Assembly (NCBI GenBank): GCA_903862465.1
Contig: CAIOYH010000163.1
Span: 7,289-71,288 of the forward strand
From: an uncultured bacterium
GTDB lineage: Bacteria > Bacteroidota > Bacteroidia > Bacteroidales > CAIWKO01
DNA length: 64,000 nt
Direction: 5' to 3'
Part shown: positions 48,451-58,791 of the stretch, piece by piece
Layout: each line of letters starts with the position of its first letter
Position numbering within the stretch: the stretch's first letter is position 1
Position numbers and translations under genes: made by a program
Notes under the pieces: model-generated
What the model saw: the letters and a program-made list of their open reading frames with translations, nothing else
Told to the model about the DNA's origin: nothing
The model's database searches: none

Positions 48451-49371
48451 TTATTTTTCGCAATTGGTTTGATAATATTTTTTGGCAGCTTTGTCGCCCA
48501 AGGCGGCGGCTTTGCTGATGTCTTCGCAGGATTCATGTTTGCGTCCTGCGTTGAGTTTGGCGATGCCACGATTGAAATAGGCATCAGAACTTTGTGGTTG
48601 CAGGGTAATCACCACGGTGTAGTCGGCTATGGCAGCATCAAATTCGTTCATTTCGTTATGAATAAATGCCCGATTGTAGTATGCATCTGCGTAGTTGGCA
48701 TCAAAATGTATGGCTTTGGTGTAGTCCTGCATGGCGCGGTCGGGTTGGCTGATCAAATCATAATCGAATGCCCGATTGAAATAAGCTTTCGCCTGCGTGG
48801 AATCTAAAGAAATCACGGCAGTGTAAATCTTTATCGCCATATCATATTCTTCCATTTGGTCATAGAGACTTGCCAACGCCATGCGTCCGGCTATGTTGGT
48901 GGGATAGGTAGCAATAAATTTGCCGAAATCTTTCAGCGCTAGGGAGTCGAGCCCTTCCCTTTGATAGATAAGCCCCCGTTGATAGAAAGCCGTGGCAAAG
49001 TCGGGCTTGACGGCTAGGGCGGCATCAAAATCGAGCAGCGCACTTTTGTCTTTTTCCATGCGCGCATACACCAAACCGCGATTGAGCAAAGCATTGATAT
49101 CTTTGGGATTCAGCGACAAGACTTTGGTGTAGTCCGCAATGGCATTTTGGTCTTGATTCAATTTTTCGTAAGAGATGGCGCGATTGAAATAGGCATCGGC
49201 ATAGTCGGCTTTGAGGGCTATCACTTGGGTGTAGTCGCTCACCGCACCCGCAAAGTCGTTGCTTTGGTATTTGGTGAAAGCACTAACAAACAGGGCGTCC
49301 ACTGTTTGGCTATATGTTTTTGAGCTTATCAAAAATAATATAATGACTAATAATAGGTGTGAGCGTTTCAT
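48451..49371 (-). CDS. Secreted tetratricopeptide-repeat protein
   Basis: ATG 49371 gives MKRSHLLLVIILFLISSKTYSQ. Multiple A.DY...I.L.P..A.AYFNRG TPR units. The C-terminal cap is CEDISKAAALGDKAAKKYYQTNC. Confidence 0.85.
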   Translation of the reverse strand: MKRSHLLLVIILFLISSKTYSQTVDALFVSAFTKYQSNDFAGAVSDYTQVIALKADYADAYFNRAISYEKLNQDQNAIADYTKVLSLNPKDINALLNRGLVYARMEKDKSALLDFDAALAVKPDFATAFYQRGLIYQREGLDSLALKDFGKFIATYPTNIAGRMALASLYDQMEEYDMAIKIYTAVISLDSTQAKAYFNRAFDYDLISQPDRAMQDYTKAIHFDANYADAYYNRAFIHNEMNEFDAAIADYTVVITLQPQSSDAYFNRGIAKLNAGRKHESCEDISKAAALGDKAAKKYYQTNCEK

Positions 49372-49771
49372 TTGAAATAATTTCGGCAAAGTTACTATAG
49401 ATTTTTAAATAGGCAATCAAATACCTATTTATTTTTTTAATTGTTTTTTGGAGGGGGAATGGGGAAGCGATTAGGCATTGAGGATTAGGGGGATTAAGGG
49501 TCATATAATAGAGAGATGTGTAGCAAAAAACGAAATTTACAGTAAATAAATATGTTACGTTTTTGATGTTGCAGTATATTATCAAAAAAGTTGATTTATT
49601 ATGTGAATAAAATGTTTTTATTGTAATAAGAAAAGATGACAAAAAATTCATATAAACCGATAAATATCAGTGACATTAGCGTACTTGGATTGATATAATT
49701 TGTAATTTTGCCATTGTTATAAGCAATAAAATAAGTAATTCAATTTTATAAACATTTAAAACCATAAAATC

Positions 49772-50434
49772 ATGACAGATATTAATACAGATATCTCAGT
49801 TGCTGCAGTGCAATTAGTTTCAAAGAGACCGGTGCATGTTGCAGACAACATTACAATTTTTAGTACTACTTTAGATAAATTGGAAAGCAGCGGCGACAAT
49901 CTTGTTAAGCCTGCTGACATGATTATTTATCGTGGTAACGTCACCACCTTAAGCACCTGTCAAGATGATATGAGAGGTGGTGCTGACGATAAAAAACCCA
50001 AGAGAGACAAAGCTTATAGCGTATGTTTTGGCGACAACCGGACGAATATGCTTAAAGTTGAAGGAGCCTTGATTGGCATACCTAACCCTATGGATAAGGA
50101 AGCCCTAATCTTGAGAAATGGTTATGGAGTGGGAAAAGAACATGGTCCGATATCCAATCCGGATATTAGCATAAAAAATAAGAAAAACCAACCGGGCACT
50201 GTTGTTGCTAAAATAAAAAGCCCTAGCAAGACCAAATCGTATTCTGTTGATTGGCAAAGCAGCACAGATAATGGTGAGACATGGACACCCCATAATTCTA
50301 CTCCTGTTTGTAAACGGGAACTAAAAAACATGCCTTTAGCTTCACAACTGATAGTGCGCGCTAGAATTACGATTGGAAGCAACGACCCTGAAGGTTGGAA
50401 AGTTTCTAGTACTTTAGTAGTAGGAGCAGTATAG
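49772..50434 (+). CDS. Hypothetical protein with an Fn3/Ig-like C-terminal domain (paralog of 11934..12548)
   Basis: Same layout as 11934..12548: helical N-terminal half, RNGYGVGK, then PGTVVAKIKSPSKTKSYSVDWQSSTDNGETW.. No signal peptide. Confidence 0.65.
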   Translation: MTDINTDISVAAVQLVSKRPVHVADNITIFSTTLDKLESSGDNLVKPADMIIYRGNVTTLSTCQDDMRGGADDKKPKRDKAYSVCFGDNRTNMLKVEGALIGIPNPMDKEALILRNGYGVGKEHGPISNPDISIKNKKNQPGTVVAKIKSPSKTKSYSVDWQSSTDNGETWTPHNSTPVCKRELKNMPLASQLIVRARITIGSNDPEGWKVSSTLVVGAV

Positions 50435-50522
50435 CAGCTTCATCGCTCTGTTTAACTTCTTAGATATAATTGTGGTAGGTGTTTCATAACGCGAAACACT
50501 TTCTTCCAATTATGGAAGAGCC

Positions 50523-50669
50523 GATTCCGTTCATGACGGGGAAGATTCCATTCGTGACGGAGCAGATTCCGTTCATGACGGGGAAGATTCCGTTCATGAC
50601 GGAGCAGATTCCATTAACGACGGAGCTGATTCCATCAACGACGGAGCTGATTCCATTCGTGACGGAGTA
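50523..50669. repeat. 21-bp tandem array #5, 7 units (consensus GATTCCGTTCATGACGGRGMA)
   Basis: Unit starts at 50523, 50544, ... 50649, 21 bp apart. Each unit contains the dyad ccgt-N5-acgg. Confidence 0.95.
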
Positions 50670-50897
50670 TCCTCAAAATATCTAGCAGCAATAGTTGATT
50701 TATTTATAGCGATATGATTAAAAATATGTATCTTTGTGGGGGATTTGTATCAGCAAATAATATATTAATTGATTCGGAAATATTTTTAACTACTTCAATT
50801 AAATAATTTGAAGTGGATCATAAAGATGATTTTGAATAAAAAGTTGGTGTTGCTGTTATTGAATCTCTTCAATATTATAAACTAAAAATAAATTATT

Positions 50898-51611
50898 ATG
50901 AAAGACAAATCAACGTATTTAGTAATTGTCGTATTCCTTATTTTATCCACTATTAGTTCAACGATATTTAGCCAAGTTTCTCCAAAAGAAAAAAGTACAA
51001 ATAAAAAAGTTCAGCAAGTGTCAAATAAGGCTATTCAAACTGATAGTACAAGAAATAATCACTCTAACAGTCAACCTATTGTAAAAGGAAAAACAACTCA
51101 TATTGCGAAAGCCGGAAAATATCTTAAATTCCCGGTTGATTCAAGATTTTTAGCCATGTGGAATAAATTTGGAGGGCTTAACGGGTTTCTAGGCAGTCCG
51201 ACAGGCAAAACTGATGGAAATTGCCAATACTTCGAATATGGAGTTATGGAAGTTTCACCCAACATTGGGAAAGATGTCGTGCTTATACTATATAATACAC
51301 CATGCGATGTGGTATTTTTGTGGGGATCCACTACTCCCTATAATTATGATAGATGGATTGTAAGATGGTGGAAAGATGCTAATCCGAGTAATAGTCATCA
51401 AGAGGACGTGCCAAATCATAGTGACCGTATGAATGGGACATTTACAACCTCAAGAGGATTTACAGACTATTCTATAATATCTTTTATTGTTGAAGGAGTT
51501 GATTTATCCCTTGAGGGAAGTAATGCGAAACAAGGATGGTCATCACAAATAAGTATCTCTACAAAGAAATTTAGAGATAAACCGGTTCAATGTGATGAAA
51601 AGCCTTTTTAG
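50898..51611 (+). CDS. Hypothetical secreted protein
   Basis: Signal MKDKSTYLVIVVFLILSTISSTIFSQ. WNKFGGLNGFLGSPTG resembles an LGFP-type repeat. Otherwise I do not recognise it. Confidence 0.65.
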   Translation: MKDKSTYLVIVVFLILSTISSTIFSQVSPKEKSTNKKVQQVSNKAIQTDSTRNNHSNSQPIVKGKTTHIAKAGKYLKFPVDSRFLAMWNKFGGLNGFLGSPTGKTDGNCQYFEYGVMEVSPNIGKDVVLILYNTPCDVVFLWGSTTPYNYDRWIVRWWKDANPSNSHQEDVPNHSDRMNGTFTTSRGFTDYSIISFIVEGVDLSLEGSNAKQGWSSQISISTKKFRDKPVQCDEKPF

Positions 51612-51660
51612 CAGCATTGAGATCTGTCCTTTCAATTCACCCCATCATCCATGACGGTCA

Positions 51661-52578
51661 TCAAATCCCCGCCCCATCTTCGAACACTTTCAGGCTATCT
51701 TTATTTTGAAGCACCTTAGAGTTGGGCGCAAGGTTGTCGGTCACCCAAATATTGCCTCCTATCACGGAATTCTCCCCTATGGTGATGCGCCCGAGGATGG
51801 TGGCATTCGCATAAACAATCACATTATCTTCTAAAATAGGATGGCGGGGAATATTCTTCATAGGATTGCCATGTTCGTCCATTGGAAAACTCTTCGCACC
51901 CAAGGTAACGCCCTGATACAAGCGAACATTTTTGCCAATAACGCTAGTTTCGCCAATCACCACCCCGGTGCCATGGTCAATAAAAAACTGTTCGCCGATG
52001 CTCGCGCCGGGATGTATGTCAATGCCCGTCTTTGAATGAGAGATTTCGGTCAGCATACGCGGAATCAACTCTATGCCAATCTTTAGACATTGATGCGCTA
52101 TGCGATAATACGTTAGGGCAACAATGCTCGGATAGCATAAGATGGTTTCTTCATGATTTTTAGCCGCCGGATCGCCATTGAAAGCAGCAATCACATCCGT
52201 TGACAAAAGATGTTTGATGGTGGGAAGCTGCTCAATAAACTGTTTTGCCATCAGTTCGGCTTTTTTCTCACAGGTGCTGCATTCCGAAATAGTGTTGCTA
52301 CACGAAAAGCAAAAACCCCTCTTAATCTGTTCCTCTAACAGCTTTTGAATCACTTCCAATTTATGGCTCACATAGCTCTTAAAAGTATGCTGATGCTGCT
52401 CATAATGCCCATAAAATCCAATAAAAAGAATTTCTTTTAGCGCATCAACAATAGTATTTAATGTATCTATGGAAGGTAGCGGAGAGTTAAAGTTGGTGTT
52501 GTGATACAATACCTTATATTTACTGTTATTGCACAAATCATCCGCAATAGCATCATAAAACATGGATTCATTTTCCAT
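51661..52578 (-). CDS. cysE: Serine O-acetyltransferase (long form)
   Basis: DPAA....E....YP...A...YR.AH and the hexapeptide region GIDIHPGASIGEQFFIDHGTGVVIGETSVIGKNVRLYQGVTLG. It lies 5 nt downstream of cysK. Confidence 0.9.
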   Translation of the reverse strand: MENESMFYDAIADDLCNNSKYKVLYHNTNFNSPLPSIDTLNTIVDALKEILFIGFYGHYEQHQHTFKSYVSHKLEVIQKLLEEQIKRGFCFSCSNTISECSTCEKKAELMAKQFIEQLPTIKHLLSTDVIAAFNGDPAAKNHEETILCYPSIVALTYYRIAHQCLKIGIELIPRMLTEISHSKTGIDIHPGASIGEQFFIDHGTGVVIGETSVIGKNVRLYQGVTLGAKSFPMDEHGNPMKNIPRHPILEDNVIVYANATILGRITIGENSVIGGNIWVTDNLAPNSKVLQNKDSLKVFEDGAGI

Positions 52579-52583
52579 GCCGT

Positions 52584-53512
52584 TTACAGATTGAAGTTAT
52601 ACAAGTCGGTGCTCAGATAGCGCTCTGCCGTATCGGGCAAAATCACCACGATTAACTTTCCTTTGTTTTCTATTTTATATGCTTCTTGAATGGCTGCCCA
52701 TGCCGCGGCTCCTGATGAGATGCCACAGAGGATGCCTTCTTCTTTTATCAATCGGCGAGCGGTTTGATGGCATCGTCGTTGCTCACTTGCGTGATACGAT
52801 CAATAATGGCATTGTTCAATATATCAGGCACAAAGCCTGCGCCAATACCTTGTATTTTATGAGGAGACGGTGCGCCACCCGACAGAACAGGGGAAGCTGA
52901 TGGCTCCACAGCAATGCTTATCAGTTGTGGTTTGCGACTTTTTATCACCTCCGATATACCTGTGATTGAACCACCTGTTCCCACGCCCGAAACAAGAATG
53001 TCAATATTTCCATCGGTATCTCTCCAAATTTCTTCGGCAGTAGTTTGTCTATGAATCTCAGGGTTGGCAGCGTTTTTGAACTGTTGTGGCATGTAAGAAT
53101 CGGGAGTGGCTGCCACCAATTCTTCAGCTTTCGCAATGGCACCTTTCATGCCTTTGGGAGCTTCGGTCAACACGATTTCTGCGCCAAAACCTTTTAAAAT
53201 ATTTCTGCGTTCCACGCTCATACTTTCGGGCATGGTCAATATCAAACGATAACCTTTCACAGCACAGGTAAACGCCAAAGCAATACCTGTGTTGCCGCTT
53301 GTAGGTTCAATAATGGTGGTTTGTTTCGTTATCAAACCTTTTTTTTCGGCATCTTCTATCATTGCCCAACCGATTCTATCTTTCACGGAAGAAGCAGGAT
53401 TGAAGAATTCGAGCTTCGCAACCACTGTTGCATGAGCGTCTTGTGTAACGCGATTCAAACGAACCATGGGTGTGTTTCCGATTAGTTCGCCTATATGATT
53501 TGCAATTTTCAT
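52584..53512 (-). pseudogene. cysK: Cysteine synthase A (O-acetylserine sulfhydrylase), frame broken by a missing base near the TTT run at 52763-52765; probably a homopolymer sequencing error
   Basis: [33 protein letters not shown] and [10 protein letters not shown]. Adding one A after ..DDAIK restores [55 protein letters not shown].., ending at stop 52584-52586. The restored length is 309 aa. Confidence 0.9.
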
Positions 53513-53632
53513 AGTATTAGTTTTTATATTATAATTACAAAGGTAATACTATTTTGAATAAATATAAATAAGATTAAGAAAATTTAACATGGGGATGCGA
53601 TAGAGATAGGAAGAATTATGCCCTCAAACTTC

Positions 53633-55624
53633 TTATTTACAAATCTCTTTCATAGCATCAGCAGGTACAGGATAACCTAAATTGCCTGCTTGTTTGATAT
53701 CCATACAAGCCGAATCAGCTATGCCTAAGAAATATCTTGCCAAACCACGACTATAGATAGCTTGGGCATAGTCGGGTTTCAGGGTGATGGCTTTGTTATA
53801 GTCCATAAGAGCATCTTTGTATTTTTTTTGATTGTAGGAAACAACCCCTCGGTTAAAGTAGGCTAAATGATAATTAGGGTCCAACGAAATAACTTTATTG
53901 AAGTCGAGCAAAGCTTTGTCGTAGTTTTGTGCATATAAATAGATGTCGCCACGGTTGATATAAGCTTCTAAATAGTAGGGGTCTAACGCAATAACTTTGC
54001 TATAGTCACTCAGGGCTTTGTCACTTTCTTTTAGGTCCATAAAAGTGTTGCCACGATTATAATACGCATTGATGTAGTTGGTGTCCATTTCAATGGCTTT
54101 GGTGTAATCATCAATGGCAAGATTGTATTTTTTATCTTTTTTAAAAAGTGCTGCTCTGTTATTGTATGCCATGACGTATGAAGGATTCAATTCAATTGCT
54201 TTTGTATAATCTTTTAATGCCTGATCATGATTTTCTGCCATTTCTAGTACAACTGCTCGGTTATAATACGGTCTAGCTTTATGTGGAGATTTCAAAACCA
54301 CATCATTCCATAACGTCACTCTATCTTTCCAAACGGCGTTTCTTGCAAATGTTAAATACGAATTGGAAACTACGATGATGGCAAAAATAGCGATAGCAAC
54401 GTATTTGAATTTTTTCCAAAGTAAAATGTAAAGCCCTGAAGTAATGATAAGAAAAAACCCAAAGGATGGCAAATAGGTGCGATGTTCGAACATCACATCC
54501 TGCAAAGGAATGATACTCGATTCAATGGATATGGTGATAAAAAACCAAAAGAATCCAAAGGAAAGTATTCTGTATTTTTTAAAGGATAGAATCCCAACTG
54601 CAATTAACGCCAAAAGAAACAACAAACTAAGGATGGTCCTTATCTCGAAGAAATGATAGGCGATGGGGAAATCATGATCTAAGTTTTGATTGATGGGTAG
54701 AAACAAAAGTTGGATATATTTCAGGATAACGCCAAACTCTGTGAAAAGATAATTCAATGAAGTTAGGCTATAGGTATAGCCATTCGAAGGAGGTATGGGT
54801 TTAAAGATGCTAAAGGAGAAATTGAAAAGAACGAAGACGATAAAACCTATCAATGCTGTTATGGATAATAAAAGACGATAATCTTTTAAATTTATATGTA
54901 GTTTTTTTGTTTGCAGAAAAAATATCTCGAGCAAAATAATCACAAACGGCAGTGTGAATGCATTTTCCTTGCTGAGCATGGCAGCTACTGCCGAAAGAAT
55001 AGAACCCGCTAAGAGGAAGTATTTATTTTTTTTGTTGAAAGTTGGTATTCGGAATTTCAGATACAAAGCAACGGAAATTAAATAAAACATGGCTGCCATA
55101 GATGCCATCCTTTGAACGATATAAGTAACACTTTGGGTTGCCAAGGGATGGGAAACGAACAATAAAGCCGCTATCAGCGCTATTTCTTTTTTATGTTTGA
55201 TGATAGGATTGTTGGCTAAGGTGGGGCTCGAAAATAGTTGTAAGGTGAGCCACCAAACCAAACACGCATTGATAAGATGAATAATGAGATTGACCAAATG
55301 ATAATACCACACATCCAATTGGTTGAAATGATAATTTATGGCGAAAGACAATACGCCCAAAGGGCGCATAGGATAAAAATTCCACCAAGCATGCACATCC
55401 GACAAATTCCGAATGCTTGTGTTGTTCATGATGTTTTGCAAATCGTCCAATTCAAAAGGGCAGTTAAAAGAGTTGGAATAAATAAGAATCCCCAATACGG
55501 TAATGACCGCTAATCCAAGCAAATTAAAATAGTTATTTGCATTCGAAAGCTTTTTGGATTTCTGAAATTGTTTAGTCGCTTGAATTCTAATATTTGTATC
55601 TTTTTTCCCTTTTGTTTTTCCCAT
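53633..55624 (-). CDS. Polytopic membrane protein with C-terminal TPR repeats (TMTC/GT-C O-glycosyltransferase-like architecture)
   Basis: About 11 hydrophobic segments follow FNCPFELDDLQNIMNNTSIRNL (a DUF1736/TMTC-like start). Then come more than six TPR units and the C-terminal cap CMDIKQAGNLGYPVPADAMKEIC. Confidence 0.7.
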   Translation of the reverse strand: MGKTKGKKDTNIRIQATKQFQKSKKLSNANNYFNLLGLAVITVLGILIYSNSFNCPFELDDLQNIMNNTSIRNLSDVHAWWNFYPMRPLGVLSFAINYHFNQLDVWYYHLVNLIIHLINACLVWWLTLQLFSSPTLANNPIIKHKKEIALIAALLFVSHPLATQSVTYIVQRMASMAAMFYLISVALYLKFRIPTFNKKNKYFLLAGSILSAVAAMLSKENAFTLPFVIILLEIFFLQTKKLHINLKDYRLLLSITALIGFIVFVLFNFSFSIFKPIPPSNGYTYSLTSLNYLFTEFGVILKYIQLLFLPINQNLDHDFPIAYHFFEIRTILSLLFLLALIAVGILSFKKYRILSFGFFWFFITISIESSIIPLQDVMFEHRTYLPSFGFFLIITSGLYILLWKKFKYVAIAIFAIIVVSNSYLTFARNAVWKDRVTLWNDVVLKSPHKARPYYNRAVVLEMAENHDQALKDYTKAIELNPSYVMAYNNRAALFKKDKKYNLAIDDYTKAIEMDTNYINAYYNRGNTFMDLKESDKALSDYSKVIALDPYYLEAYINRGDIYLYAQNYDKALLDFNKVISLDPNYHLAYFNRGVVSYNQKKYKDALMDYNKAITLKPDYAQAIYSRGLARYFLGIADSACMDIKQAGNLGYPVPADAMKEICK

Positions 55625-55840
55625 AGTAAGTTTGTTTACTTAAGTTGTTTGCAATGCAAAATTACGATTTTTTTATTTATTGCACCATAATTTTATAAGA
55701 GCGCATAAAAAATTTTTACGCATTTTTTTATTGAAAAATAATTTATGTAAAAAATTTTAGTTACTTTAGCAGACTGATTTCACCTCACAAATCTATTATA
55801 TAAGCTTAGTTCCTAAATCTATTTTAAAAAACAAACAGTT

Positions 55841-56608
55841 ATGAAAAAAACATTTATTACGCTTGCTCTTATTTTGGTTTCTGCCACGGCAATCTTTGCC
55901 CAAAAATCAGCTTACTTCGGTTCTGCCACTTTTGTGACCGAAGAGGGAGAAAATTTTACGCTTTATATCAATAACGCAATTCAAAATGCAAAACCTGCAC
56001 CCAGTGTGAAAGTGGAAGCACTTGCAGATGCATTCATTGGAGTGAAGATTGTTTTTGAAAACACAGCCATCCCAGAAATAAAAAAAACCATCATGCGTGG
56101 CGGGATTGATTGTTTCTTTTCCATTCAAAAGAACAAAAAAGGAGAATATGTAGTGAAAACAAAAAGTTGTGTGGGCGCTTTCGCCAATGCGCAAACCACC
56201 ACGACAACAACAGCACCAACAAGTCCGCAGGAAGCTGCAGGAATAACCACCACCACGCAATCAACTGCGGCACCTTCAGGTCCCATCAAAGCCACCATCA
56301 CCGACAATATGATTTCGATAGGCGATGCACGCAGATTTTGGTTTCACAAAGGTAGAACACCCGGAAATATGCCGCAGCCTATCATAAAAATGACACAGCC
56401 CGAAGGTGCAAAAGTGACTATCACCTATGATGATAACAGCGAAACCTATTCTTCTGAAATCCCATTTGTTTATGAAGTGAAAGACTATAACAACAACAAT
56501 TCATATTTCAAGGTAACCGTAGATGAAGGAAACGGCAAAGTGTGGTATTTCCGTTTACAGAATGGCACCAGCTACCAAATCACCATTGATACCAACGCTT
56601 TCGATTAA
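55841..56608 (+). CDS. Hypothetical secreted protein with a Thr/Ala-rich linker
   Basis: Signal MKKTFITLALILVSATAIFAQ. Two globular halves are joined by AQTTTTTTAPTSPQEAAGITTTTQSTAAPSGP. Confidence 0.65.
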   Translation: MKKTFITLALILVSATAIFAQKSAYFGSATFVTEEGENFTLYINNAIQNAKPAPSVKVEALADAFIGVKIVFENTAIPEIKKTIMRGGIDCFFSIQKNKKGEYVVKTKSCVGAFANAQTTTTTTAPTSPQEAAGITTTTQSTAAPSGPIKATITDNMISIGDARRFWFHKGRTPGNMPQPIIKMTQPEGAKVTITYDDNSETYSSEIPFVYEVKDYNNNNSYFKVTVDEGNGKVWYFRLQNGTSYQITIDTNAFD

Positions 56609-56700
56609 GTCCTTGTTGAAGCAAAACATGTTGTCTAATTCAAAATGCTGACCACAATAAACACCCCATGAAATCCATTATAATCTATTAATTATAAAAA

Positions 56701-58791
56701 ATGAAGTCTATAAAAAACATAACGCTGACATTACTTCTTTTTGTTTGCATCTCGAGCCTGAATGCGCAAATCTTCGACCCCGTGAAGTGGTCATTTTCGT
56801 CAAAGAAAATCTCGGAGACTGAAGCAGAAATCTATTTCACGGCAAAGATTGACAAAGGATGGCATTTGTATTCGCAACATATTCCGGAAAACGGTCCCAT
56901 TCCGACCACCTTTACCATAGAGAAAAACAAAAACTATCAACTGACAGGCAAAATTCTCGAACCGAAACCCATCGTAGAAAACGATCCGAATTTTGATATG
57001 GTATTGAAATTCTTTGCCACGAAGGCTGTTTTCACACAGAAAATAAAGCTGTTGACCGACAAAGATTTCTCCATCAAAGGAAGTTTGAATTTCATGTGTT
57101 GCAATGATGTGAGTTGTTTGCCTCCAAAGGATGTGCCTTTTACCATTAAAATTGACAATAGCACGGGTAGCGTTGAATCCACAAAAACATCCGACTCCCT
57201 TGCCGCCGACACCGGCGCAAAGAAGGTCAATGCGACCGTGATTACACCTAAAAAAGATTCCATTTCCGCAGAAAGTATCGCAACCGATACATCCGACTTT
57301 GACAAGATGGGTTTGTGGGGTTTATTCTTTTTTGCCTTCTTGGCAGGCTTGACTGCTCTGGTCACTCCGTGTGTTTTCCCAATGATACCCATGACGGTTT
57401 CCTTTTTTATGCACGAAGGCGAATCGCGCGGAAAATCTATCTTCAAAGCCTTGGTTTTCGGATTTTCAATCATCTTAATATATACGTTGATAGGGACAGT
57501 AGTTGCCGTTACTTTGGGCGTTAACTTTGCAAACTTCTTGAGTACGCATTGGTTTCCCAATATATTCTTCTTTCTTATTTTTGTGGTGTTTGCTGCTTCC
57601 TTTTTTGGGATGTTCGAAATCACCATGCCGAGTTGGGCAATAAACAAAGCCGATAAACAAGTGGATAAAGGCGGCATATTAGGTTCGTTTTTCATGGCAT
57701 TCACCTTGGTGTTGGTTTCTTTTTCCTGCACGGGTCCTGTGGTGAGTTATATATTGGTGAAATCAGCAAGCGGACAAGTGCTCGAGCCTATCATTGGCAT
57801 GTTGGGCTTTTCAATTGCCTTTGCGTTGCCCTTCACCTTGTTTGCATTTTTCCCTTCGTGGTTAAATCGTCTGCCGAAATCGGGTGGTTGGCTCAATGCG
57901 GTGAAAGTGGTGCTTGGTTTTTTGGAGTTGGCTTTAGGTTTGAAATTCCTGAGCATCGCCGACCAAACCTATCATTGGGGCATCCTCGATCGCGAAGTAT
58001 ATTTGGCACTTTGGATAGTAATATTCACCTTGATGGGATTCTATTTGTTGGGAAAGATAAAATTTGTGCACGACAGCGAAGTGAAACATGTGGGCGTTGG
58101 GCGATTAGCCTTAGTCATCATCACCTTTTCTTTTGTAATCTATATGATACCCGGAATGTTTGGCGCACCTTTAAAGGTGTTGTCGGGCTATATTCCACCA
58201 CAACAATCCTTAGATTTTGATATCAATAAAATCGTTCGCGAAAACTCCACAGCCAACACTATCGCCACCGAAGTGTGCGAAGAATCCAAATACAGTGATT
58301 TCTTAGATTTGCCTCATGGATTGAAAGGCTATTTTGATTTTGAGCAAGGCGTTGCCTGTGCTCGCAGTCAGAATAAACCTGTTTTTATTGATTTCACAGG
58401 GCATGGTTGCGTCAATTGTCGCGAAATGGAAGCCAATGTTTGGTCAGACCCCAAAGTGTTGAATATCCTCAGAAAGGACTATGTAATCATCACCTTATAC
58501 GTAGATGATAAAAAGGAATTGCCTAAAGAAGAATGGGTGCTCTCGAAATATGATGGCGGATTGAAGAAGACCTTGGGCGCCAAGTTTGCTGATTTTCAGG
58601 CGTACTTTTTTAATGCAAATGCGCAGCCTTTTTATGTTTTGTTAGATCCTTTTGTTGAGTTGAAAGATAAATCTGTTGTGGATAAGGCAAAATTGACCAA
58701 CACCAAAGCCTATGATTTGAATGTGGAACATTTTGTAAACTTCCTGAAAGCAGGTTCCGAAGAATTCAGCCGACGTCATCCCGCTCAATAA
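56701..58791 (+). CDS. dsbD: DsbD-family thiol:disulfide interchange protein (N-terminal periplasmic domain, CcdA-like TM core, C-terminal thioredoxin)
   Basis: TM core LTALVTPCVFPMIPMTVSFF and SFSCTGPVV. The C-terminal thioredoxin reads DFTGHGCVNCREME. The N-terminal domain has a FMCCNDVSCLPP Cys cluster. Confidence 0.85.
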   Translation: MKSIKNITLTLLLFVCISSLNAQIFDPVKWSFSSKKISETEAEIYFTAKIDKGWHLYSQHIPENGPIPTTFTIEKNKNYQLTGKILEPKPIVENDPNFDMVLKFFATKAVFTQKIKLLTDKDFSIKGSLNFMCCNDVSCLPPKDVPFTIKIDNSTGSVESTKTSDSLAADTGAKKVNATVITPKKDSISAESIATDTSDFDKMGLWGLFFFAFLAGLTALVTPCVFPMIPMTVSFFMHEGESRGKSIFKALVFGFSIILIYTLIGTVVAVTLGVNFANFLSTHWFPNIFFFLIFVVFAASFFGMFEITMPSWAINKADKQVDKGGILGSFFMAFTLVLVSFSCTGPVVSYILVKSASGQVLEPIIGMLGFSIAFALPFTLFAFFPSWLNRLPKSGGWLNAVKVVLGFLELALGLKFLSIADQTYHWGILDREVYLALWIVIFTLMGFYLLGKIKFVHDSEVKHVGVGRLALVIITFSFVIYMIPGMFGAPLKVLSGYIPPQQSLDFDINKIVRENSTANTIATEVCEESKYSDFLDLPHGLKGYFDFEQGVACARSQNKPVFIDFTGHGCVNCREMEANVWSDPKVLNILRKDYVIITLYVDDKKELPKEEWVLSKYDGGLKKTLGAKFADFQAYFFNANAQPFYVLLDPFVELKDKSVVDKAKLTNTKAYDLNVEHFVNFLKAGSEEFSRRHPAQ

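Noticed and set aside
56937-57731. A 264-aa minus-strand ORF.
   Set aside because: It is antisense to the well-supported dsbD gene and shows no motifs. This is a typical shadow ORF.
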